DNA of 64,000 nucleotides, taken from contig JBBRLQ010000003.1 of NCBI GenBank assembly GCA_038231275.1, positions 108,340 to 172,339 of the forward strand, given 5' to 3'. The translations under genes and the position numbers were made by a program. Below are positions 30,990-40,400 of this stretch, one piece after another. The DNA comes from Polyangiales bacterium (lineage in GTDB: Bacteria; Myxococcota_A; Polyangia; Polyangiales; Polyangiaceae). How positions within the stretch are numbered: the first letter of the stretch is position 1; each line of letters starts with the position of its first letter. The notes below the pieces were generated by a model that was not told the origin of the DNA, ran no database searches, and saw only the letters and a list, made by a program, of their open reading frames with translations.

Positions 30990-33011
30990 ATGACCGATCG
31001 CGACGTCCGCGAACGCGACATCCTCGTCGCCTCCAACGAGTACGCTTACGTGCAGGATCTCACCAAGGGCGACATCGTCCTCTACGTCGGGCCGACCAAG
31101 ATCAGCCTGAGCAACACCGAGCGCCTCGTGGACTTTCGGAGCGATCGCTTCGTGCCCGTGCGCAGCGACGACGGCGGGCTCGGCGTGAACCCGTTCGTCG
31201 CCGCGTCGTCGTCGCAGTACATCATCGTCGAGAACCCGACCAGGGACCCGACGCAGCGGCCGATCAAGGGGAGCAACGCGTCGATCGAGCTGCTCTCGGG
31301 GCGCAAGATCGTGGTCCCGGGTCCGGCGACGTTCCCGCTGTGGCCCGGCCAGCGCGCGAAGGTCGTCGACGGCCATGAGCTCCGCGAGCGCGAATACCTC
31401 GTCGTGCGCGTGTACGAGCAAGCGCCCGGCGACGAGCGGCCGATCGGCACCGAGATCATCGTGCGCGGCTCCGACACGAGCTTCTACATCCCGCGGACCG
31501 GCCTCGAGGTCGTCGCCACCGCGCAGGGCTACGTCCGCCTCGCGTGGCACCTCACGAAGAACACAGGGCTCCACGTGCGCGTGGTGAAACCGCACGTCGC
31601 TGCCGAGGGCGATCAGCTCCCTGCCGGCACCTACGCGGCGGGGACCGAGGTCTTCATCCACGATCGCGAGGGCTTCTTCTTCCCAACCGAGAGCCTCGAA
31701 GTGAAGGACATCGTCTTCGCCATCCCGCTCGCAGAAAAAGAGGGCATCTACGTCCGCGACATCGAAACCGGGCGCATCACGACGATCGCCGGCCCGTGCA
31801 GCTACCTCCCCGATCCCACGCGCGCGCTCGTCATCGAAAGGCGCCTCGCGCCGGAGCTCTTGGCGCTGTATGGGATCCATCCGGACGCGCGCGAGCGTGC
31901 GCTGTCGATCTACATTCCTCCCAGCTACGCGGTCCTCGTCATCGCGAAGAACAAGCGCGAGGTCGTGAAGGGTCCCGTCACGCGCATCCTCGCGTTCGAC
32001 GAGGAACTCGAGATCTTGCGCCTCTCGACGGGGCGTCCGAAATCCGACGAGGCGCTCCTCCCGACGTGCTTCCTCCAGATCGAGGGCAACAAGGTCAGCG
32101 ACGTCGTGCGCGTGAAGACCGCCGATCACGTCGAGCTGGAGATCGCGCTCTCGTACCGCGTGTCCTTCGTCACCCAAGGCGCCGAGGCGACGGACGCGGC
32201 GCGGTGGTTCCACGTGAAGAACTACGTGGGCCTCCTCTGCGATCACCTCGGCTCGATCCTCCGCGCCGCCGCCCGTGCCGCACGCATCGACGCGTTCCAT
32301 TCGTCGAGCACCGAAATCCTGCGAAGCGCAATTTTGGGCGAAAAACACGGGGAATCGCCGCGCGAGGGGCGCACCTTCGAAGAGAACGGGATGTGGGTCT
32401 ACGACGTCGAGGTCCTCGACGTGCGCATCCTCGATCAGGACGTGAAGAAGCTCCTCGAGGGCGCGCAGCGCGCCGGCATCGTCAGCGAGGTGAATCGCCG
32501 GCAAGAAGAGCTGCGCCTCTCGAGCGAAAAATTGAAGGAGGAGGTCGATCGCCAAATCTTCGCCTCGCAGATCGACACGATGCGGATGCAAGCCGAGCTC
32601 GAGGGCGCGCGGCGGCAGGTCGTCCTCGCGCAGGCGAGCTCGGCGATCGAGTCGCACAAAGTCGAGCGCGTCGGAAAAGCGACGAACGACGCCGAGGCCT
32701 TCACCATCTCGACCCGCGCGCGCATCGCGGCGGCGGAGCAAGACGCGGCGATCGAGGCGCTGCGCTTGTCGGGTCAGGTGGGCGCCTTCAAAGAACAGAT
32801 GGCCGCGATCCATCCCGAGCTCGTCGCGACGCTCAAGACCCTCGGCCATCAACAGCTCGCCGCGGAGCTGTCTCGAAATGTATCGCCCCTCGCGATCCTC
32901 GGCGGCGAGAGCGTGACCGACGTGGTCGAGCGCCTCCTCGGCTCTCTCCCGATCGGCTCCTCGGCGGCCCACGACGTGAAAAAGGTCCTCGCGATCCCAA
33001 AGACAAAATGA
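30990..33011 (+). CDS. Major vault protein (MVP) homologue, bacterial
   Basis: Colinear similarity to eukaryotic MVP from memory: [25 protein letters not shown] vs [35 protein letters not shown] vs [28 protein letters not shown] vs TADHARLQLQLAYNWHFEV. Shoulder/SPFH-like region and C-terminal coiled-coil cap helix are present. No signal peptide. Confidence 0.8.
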   Translation: [673 protein letters not shown]

Positions 33012-33075
33012 CCAAAGCCGACCTGGTACCCAGGACCTTCAGGTTAAATGACCAAAGCCGACCTGGTTACCCAGG
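33006..33075. repeat. Two copies of a 29-30 bp direct repeat (aaatgaccaaagccgacctggt[t]acccagg), the first containing the MVP stop codon
   Basis: Seen directly. Each copy contains a small palindrome cctgg-N3/4-ccagg. Confidence 0.6.
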
Positions 33076-33089
33076 CCGGCTTGGAGAAG

Positions 33090-35490
33090 TCACGTTGTCT
33101 CGTGGTGGGCGCAGAGGTTTATGCGCCGCTTGTGCCCGCCTCCAGGCTTTCGCCCTGAGGCTGTTCGGGAAATCTCTCGCGCGCCTTTCGCGTCGAGGGA
33201 CCACGGACCCTGCGGTCAAGCATTACGGCCTGCCGCCATCTATCGTTCGGTGAGGGAGCCTGCTCGGCCCACGGCCATTCGCGTGGCGTGGAATCGCGAG
33301 AGGTGCGTGTTGCTGTTCGCTTCACGCGCTTCGGTCAATCTCGCCCCTGGCGCATCCCTTTGCGTTCGTCTGCAGGCGCTCCGTCGAGCTCACCTGCACG
33401 TCTCGCCGCTTTCGCTGCGAGCCGCGGATGCTGATCCCTCGCGCTTGGTGTCGCCCACCACGCTGGAGGAACCTGAACCAGAAGGTACCGACCTCTGACG
33501 TCCATTGTCGTTTCTCGGGCACGGATCACCGGCTCCAGCCGACTCACCGCTGCCCCAACCGCACGCTGCACTACCTCGTTTTACGGAGACGATGCGTCAC
33601 GAACGACCGGAGGATTCACCCGAAAAACCAGCACCGCCTCGCGCCCCGCCCGTAAAGGCAAAAGCGTCTGAACGATGCAAGACGTCTGAAACAGTCACCA
33701 TGAAGTCCTACGAACCTTTGGCATTCGCAGGGCCCAATCATGCGCCTCATCTGGGAGGATTTGCGCGCACGACCAGCGCACCCGTTCGCCTCTGCTTCCT
33801 CACCGTCCGCGTCAGTCGCGGGGTCTCCGCACTCGGACCGGTGAACTTGCTCGGGCTAGGTCCCGCACCATCGAGCCGCCTTGCAGCAAACCCGGGGAAC
33901 GAGATCATAGATACGTCTGAGCTGTTTCTGCTTCCCTACACTCCGTCAACGAGCACCCGTACCTGGCTCTTTCCGGCTCATCGACACCGACTCTTCATCG
34001 GGCGTGTTCTTCAGTGGGATGTCGCCCACCGAAAACCGGAGATCCGCGCGTTTCACGACGCGCGTTGATCGCTTCGGTGAATCGCCTTCGCACTAGGGGG
34101 CTTGTTGGGCCGACCACGCACGCGACGACTTACCTCTGACGCCCCTGTCGCGATTCTCTCTTCGATACCAGGTCGTGCATTTTCGCGGTGCACGATTGCC
34201 GATTCGGAGAGACTCGCCGAGACCGCTTCTACCCCGCCGCCGTGACGCGACGAAGCTTTTCCCGGTCCAGAGCGCCTTCGTTCGACGGGAGATGCGCTGC
34301 TCTTCTTCCGCTCTCTCGAGCGGCGATTGCGCACCCTGTGCCCCGTGGATTTGCCCTGCGAGAGCTCCTCCTCGGGTCCCGAGCTGTCCTTTTGGGACAA
34401 CCCGGGCCGGCCTTGCGTGGTGTTGCGCACCCCGCCCGCCGGGAATCGGTCTTCGTGTCACCTACGGCTCCCTCCACCACGAATGACGTTCGCAGTGAAG
34501 AGCCTCGTTCGATTAGCGCGGGCCGCCTGGAACAGCGGACTCGACTAGGAACGATTCGTTACATCCGTAGGCTAGGCCCCCGTCCACCGCGTCCCCCGGT
34601 CCCTCTTTCGAGCGACTACGTAGTGGGGGAAGGGCGTCTCTGAGCCAGTACCTGACCGCCTGTCGACTTCTGCAAATGAGACATACAGCGTACGGGCACA
34701 TCCACGAGATCGCTTCCGCGCCCGCCTCGAGACTCCGTTCTTCTTGCGAAGCGTAGAGCCCCCATGCGTTTGCCGATCACGAGCACAGGGCCGGTTTTTG
34801 AGGCCGAGCCTGCACGCCGTGGGCAGCGCGCCGTGAAAAGTACGAACGAAGCGGATTCGCTTCGCCCACCCCGCCTTCTTATGCGCCCCGCTGCACGTTG
34901 CCGTGCAACTAAGACGTTTCGACGACGGGGCCGAGGTACAGCCACGGACCGACTGTCCTGAAGTGAAGGGCTCGCAGCCTTTTGGGCATTTTGCGAGCTC
35001 CCCTCCTTCGAAGGCAGCCGAGCATCCCTCTGTCGTCAGCTTGCTGCCGCGAAAGCCTGGAGTGCTTTCGCCGCGCCTCGCGTGGTCCATCGCGCCAAGT
35101 TTCCCTGGCGGAGAGGGGCCGCGGTTGGCCTCACATGCTGACCGAGATCTTCATTCCACCGCCCTCCCGCGAAGGCGGACGGTTTGCGCGAAGACCAGGG
35201 TGCTTTCCACCGATTGTCCCGAGCGCGTGCGGGGGTCGCCCCCTTTGCGCGCTCGCTCGGTCTCTCCGTCACGCCGCCCCTGAGGGGCATTGCGATCGTG
35301 AGACCAGCGCCTTTTTTTACCGCGGTACCAGCCGCCTCGCCCTGACGAGCCAAGCGTTTTGAGTTGCTGGTGCGGTTCAGTGGGTCGGGTTGGAAGGGTG
35401 TTGATCTTCCAGGGTCCGGCCTGCTGCAGCGCCCTCTCGGTTTCTACGATGCGTACTCGCTCGCGGATTGATGTGCCGCGAACTTCTGAA
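33090..35490 (-). ncRNA. Degenerate LSU (23S) rRNA-like region (relic pseudo-rRNA or highly diverged structural RNA)
   Basis: No ORF longer than 190 codons on either strand for about 3.1 kb. The reverse complement is colinear with bacterial 23S rRNA as recalled, for example tttttaccgcggtaccag vs TTTTCCTCGGGGTACTTAG near the 5' end, cggggtctccgcactc vs CGGGGTCTTTCCGTC, tttcacgacgcgcgttgatcgc vs TTCACGACGGACGTTAGCAC, and acggatcaccgg vs ACCGGATCAC. Similarity is only about 60%, and the universal motifs (sarcin-ricin loop, GCTACCTTAGGACCGTTATAG) are not intact. Confidence 0.45.
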
Positions 35491-35499
35491 GCAATAGAT

Positions 35500-35760
35500 A
35501 TCGAATCCCCCTAGACCGCACAACACAAAAAGAACGACTCAATCACTTTTTTTATCCACAGGTTGCCCACCGGAATTGTCCACAGGGTTTCCCCCGAAAA
35601 CGCGAAATAGCGCCTGTTTTCTCGCAAATTCGAGCGAGTTTTGAGAGACAGAAATGGCCTACAATTGTTTGATTGATGCAATTGATTGGCATGCCAATTC
35701 AAAACAATCGTGTTTCATTTGCTGTTTGAATGAGTGATTGAGAAATAGTGGTGCACGGTG
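35500..35760. promoter_or_regulatory. AT-rich island with two DnaA-box-like 9-mers and palindromic caattg/ttggcatgccaa elements
   Basis: TTATCCACA at 35552-35560 and TTGTCCACA at 35576-35584, same orientation, both followed by GG. GC content here is about 40% against about 68% in flanking DNA. The island lies at the 5' side of the 23S-like region relative to the minus strand. Confidence 0.4.
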
Positions 35761-36195
35761 CGGCGAAATCGCGCGCGGCCGCGAAAAGACGCTGGGGATC
35801 GCGTCTGGGTCAGGGGTGCGACACAACCGGAAAAGTGCACATGGAGAGGTCCCCTGCGCGCACCGTGGGAGCGAGGGCGTGTATCGGGGAAGTTGAGCGC
35901 GCGTGACGCCGTCGTGAACGCACGAGGTGGGAAGGTTCGGGGCGCGCCCCCGTAGGACCCAAGAGATGCCGCGCGTGCGCCACGACTGTGTCGTCTTCTC
36001 GGTTCCGGCGCTTCCCCCGGGCTACGTCGCACCTTCACCCACCCTCCTCTCGCCCTACACGCGCGAGCCGGAGCGGGTGCAGCGCCCGCTCCCCGAAGCG
36101 TGGCAGTCGAAGCGTCCGTGCCTCGCGTTTCCGGCCGTTTCCGCGGAGATCGTGGCCGCGCTCAACCGTTCCTGCTGAGGCCTGGCGCTCGGTTC

Positions 36196-37365
36196 CTACG
36201 CGGACGCCGAAGGCTCGTGATGCCTGGCAGCCTCGAGGCCGTGGGCCGCGATGTTCGTTCGCCAGCGGAAGCGCTCGATCGTTTTGCCGGCGACGGCGTC
36301 GGCGATCCACTTGCCGACGAGCGGCGCGAATTTGAAGGCGTGGCCCGAGCCGCCGGCGGCGACGACGAGGTTCTTTCGATCGGGATGGCGATCGATGAAG
36401 AAGTGCTCGTCCTTCGTGTCGCAGTAGATGCAGACGCGCGTGGCCGCGATCGGCGCGTGCTCGAGCGCGGGGAACGTCTCGCGGAGGAATTGGCGGAGCG
36501 CGGGCTCGTCGTCGTCACGCAGCGCGCGCGGGCCGTCGGGATCGCAGGCGAAGCCAGGGCCGTGGTTGGCGATCTTGACGAGGCCGTTCGGGGTGACGGG
36601 AAAGCCGTAGTAGCCGGTGCGCGCGATGTCGGCGCCGAACGTGGGGAAGCGGGCGGCCTCGAAAATGCGCGGATCGCTCGGGCGCAGGTGGAAGACCGAC
36701 TGCGCCGTGGCGAACAAGTCATTCTGAAGCTCGGGGAGGAGCTTCGACGTCCATGCGCCCGCGCAGAGGACGACGGTGTCGGCGGTCAGCTTGGTACCTC
36801 CTTGATCGATCACGCCGTCGTCCACGATACGCGCGGCGCGAAAGCCCTCGACGATGCGCACGCCGACGCGGAGAGCTTCCGCCGCAAGGCGGGCCACGAC
36901 GCGACCGCTCTCGGCGAATCCTCCCACGCGATTGAAGTAGCCGTCGGTGTACGCGCCCGTGCTCCATGCGGGGAAACGGGCGGCGAGCGACTGCGCGTCG
37001 AGGCGCTCCAGCTGATGGCCGCGCTCGACGAGGAGCTCGAACGAGTCGTGCTCGAAGCCTCCCTTCTTCATCTCGCCGCGCGCGACGTAGAGGACGCCGG
37101 TCTCGTGGAAGAGCGATTGGCCGTTCTCGGCGACCCAGCCGCGGTCCCACGCGCGCCAGCCTTCCATCGCGTCTTCCATCATCGCCGAGTAGGTGACGTC
37201 CGCGCCGTAATCCATGCGCACCGCTTTGCTGAGGTCGGTGGACTCGGCGTCGGGGTACGGAATCGGACCGGGATCGGTGAGCGTCACGTCGTCGCCTCTT
37301 CGCCGGAGCTCGAGCGCCGCGGTGACGCCGAAAATACCCCCTCCGCACACGAGGACCGACGCCAT
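36196..37365 (-). CDS. FAD-dependent oxidoreductase (DAO/sarcosine oxidase-like family)
   Basis: N-terminal GxGxxG Rossmann motif (VCGGGIFGVTAALEL); DAO-family length and C-terminal motifs. Confidence 0.85.
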   Translation of the reverse strand: MASVLVCGGGIFGVTAALELRRRGDDVTLTDPGPIPYPDAESTDLSKAVRMDYGADVTYSAMMEDAMEGWRAWDRGWVAENGQSLFHETGVLYVARGEMKKGGFEHDSFELLVERGHQLERLDAQSLAARFPAWSTGAYTDGYFNRVGGFAESGRVVARLAAEALRVGVRIVEGFRAARIVDDGVIDQGGTKLTADTVVLCAGAWTSKLLPELQNDLFATAQSVFHLRPSDPRIFEAARFPTFGADIARTGYYGFPVTPNGLVKIANHGPGFACDPDGPRALRDDDEPALRQFLRETFPALEHAPIAATRVCIYCDTKDEHFFIDRHPDRKNLVVAAGGSGHAFKFAPLVGKWIADAVAGKTIERFRWRTNIAAHGLEAARHHEPSASA

Positions 37366-37433
37366 CCTCTCACCCTACAGGATCGCGCCGACGGCTGATG
37401 GCTTGCTGACCGCTTCGTGTACGATGAGGCTGC

Positions 37434-40400
37434 GTGGACGGACGTCTCGTCATCGCTGAGCGCTTCGAGATCGAGCACCTCGTCGGTACGGGCGGGATGG
37501 GCGAGGTCTTTCGTGCGAAGGACCGCCTGACGGGCGGCCCGGTCGCGATCAAGCTCTTGCACCCCGGGATGACGCGGGATCAGGAGCGCTTCCGGCGCGA
37601 AGCGCAGCTGTTGGCCGAGCTCTCGCACCCACGCGTCGTTCGCTACGTCGCGCACGGCATCGCGAGCGGCGGGCGACCCTACATCGCGATGGAGTGGCTG
37701 GAGGGGCTCGATCTCTCCGATCGTCTCTCGCACGAGGGATTCACGCTGGACGAGGCGGTCACCCTTGCGCGGCGCGCGGCCGAGGCGCTCGGCGCATTGC
37801 ACGAACGCGGCATCGTCCACCGCGACGTGAAGCCCTCGAACCTCTTCCTCGTTGGCTCCGATCTCCACAGCGTGAAGCTGCTCGATCTCGGCATCGCGCG
37901 GCTCTCGACGCCGACGCGGCCGGCGACGCGCAGCGGGGTCATGGTGGGCACGCCGGGGTACATGGCGCCCGAGCAAGCGCGCGGCGCCAAAGAGATCGAC
38001 GCGCGGGCCGACGTGTTCTCGCTCGGCTGCGTCCTCTTCGAGTGCATCGCGGGGCGACCGGCGTTCGTGGGGGACAACGCGGCAGCGCTCCTCGCCAAGA
38101 TCTTGCTCGACGAGTCCCCGCGCATCCTCGACTACCGGAAGGACGCGCCGCCGGAGCTCGACGATCTCGTGTCGCGTATGCTGGCGAAGCATGCGGGCGC
38201 GCGTCCGGCCGACGGGCACGCGGTCGCGCGGGAGCTCGCGCAGATCGCGCGCGGCGGGCTCGATTCGCAGCGGCGGAGCAGCATTCGTGCGCTGCGCGCG
38301 ATCACCGGCGGGGAGCGGCGCCTCGTGAGCATCGTGATGGCGTCCTCCATCCTCACGCCGGTCGAGACGCCGGTCGACCTTGCGGCGGAGACGCTGACTG
38401 GCGACACGTCGGTCGCGTCGCTCGACATGCGCAGCGTCGTCGCACCGTTCGGCGCCAAGTTCGAGAGCCTCGCCGATGGGTCGGTCGTGGTGGCCGTGAC
38501 GGGGAAGGGCAGCGCGACGGATCAAGCGGCCCACGCGGCGCGCTGCGCGTTGGCGATTCGCGCGCACATGCACGACGCGCACATGGTCTTGGCGACGGGC
38601 CTCGCGACGGTGACCGATCGCACGCTCTATGGCGACGTGCTCGATCGCGCCGCGGCGCTGCTCGTCGAGGCGCGACGGGCCTTCGCGCAGGTCGGGCCCG
38701 ACGGGACCGTGAAGAGCGCGCCGCTCCCGCTGCCGGTGCGCCTCGACGAGACGACGGCGGGCTTGCTCGATCTCCGTTTCGACGTCGAGGGGGACGACCT
38801 AGGGCTGACGCTGCGAGGCCCGCGCGCCGAGGAAAGCCCGACGCGGACGCTCCTCGGCATGGCGACGCCGTTCGTCGGGCGCGACCGCGAGCTCGCGACC
38901 CTGCACGGGCTCGTGGAGGAGTGCATCTCGGAGCCGGTCGCCCGCGTCGTCCTCGTGACGGCGCCGCCAGGAGGCGGGAAATCACGCCTCCTCCACGAGC
39001 TCCTCCTCCAGGCGCGGAACCTCCACGACAATGTCGAGGTGTGGCTCGCGCGCGGCGATCCGATGAGCGAGGGCTCGCCGTTCCACATGCTCGCGCAGGG
39101 GATCCGGCGCGCGTGCGGCTCGGTCGAGGGAGAGCCGCTCGCGGTTCGTCGGCAGAAGCTGCGTGCGCGTGTCGCCCGGCACATCGAAGGAGACGAGCTC
39201 ACGCGCGTGACGGAGTTCGTCGGCGAGCTCGTCGGCACGCCGTTCCAGGGAGACACGAGCGTGCAGCTCCGCGCCGCGCGCCAGGACGCGATGCTGATGG
39301 GTGACCAGATGCGTCGCGCGTGGGAGGACTGGATCGCCGCGGAGTGCCTCGCGCAGCCGGTCGTGATCGTCCTCGAAGATTTGCAGTGGGGCGATCTGCC
39401 GAGCGTGAAGCTCATCGACGCCGCGCTCCGCAACCTCTCCGAGCTGCCGCTCCTCGTCGTCGCGGTGGCGCGTCCCGAGGTGCACGAGGTGTTCCCCAAC
39501 CTCTGGTCGGAGCGCGGGCTTCAGGAGGTGCGCCTCGGGCCGCTCGTGAAGAGCGCCAGCGACCGTCTCGTTCGTCAGGTCCTTCCCGACGCCACCCAAG
39601 AGGAAGTGACTCGGCTCGTCGAGCGCTCCGCCGGCAACGCGTTTTATCTCGAAGAGCTGATTCGCGCGGTCGCCGAGGGTCGCGGCGGCGAGCTACCAGA
39701 GACGGTGCTCGCGATGGTGGAGGCACGGCTCGAGCGGCTCGAGCCCGAGGGGCGGCGGCTGCTGCGCGCCGGGAGCGTCTTCGGGCAGGTGTTCTGGCGA
39801 GGCGGCGTCGCGGCGTTGCTCGGTCAGTCGCTCCGCGCGAGCGAGGTCGACGAGTGGCTCGGCGAGCTCGTCGCGCGCGAGATCCTCCTCCAGCGACGCC
39901 GCTCGAAGTTTCCAACGGACGCCGAGTACGCGTTCCGGCACGCGCTGGTGCGCGAGGCGGCGTACGCGATGCTGACGAGCGAGGATCGCGCGCTCGGGCA
40001 CAAGCTCGCCGGCGAGTGGCTCGAGGAGGCGGGCGAGACCGACGCGGTGGTGCTCGCCGAGCACTTCGACCGCGGGGGCGTGCCCGCGCATGCGGTGAGG
40101 TGGTACCGCCGCGCCGCCGAGCACGCGCTCGAGGGAAATGATTTCGAGGCGGCGACGGCGCGCGCCGAAGGGGCCATCGCGGCGGGCGCGGCGGGCCAGG
40201 AGCGCGGCGCCTTGCGGCTGCTCCAGGCGAGCGCGGCGGACTGGAACGGCGACACCGCCTCGGCGATTCGCTTCTCCGAGGAGGCGCTGCATGATCTCAC
40301 TCCGGGCACCGACGACTGGTACCTCGCGGCAGGCGAGGTCGCGCTCGCGAGCCGAAAAATGGGCGATTTCGAGCGCGTCAACGCGGTGGGCCGCGCGGTG

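Noticed and set aside
33090-35490. Functional 23S rRNA gene or rrn operon
   Set aside because: Universally conserved 23S blocks are not intact, no 16S, 5S or tRNA genes accompany it, and similarity is only about 60%. It is reported as a degenerate rRNA-like element instead.
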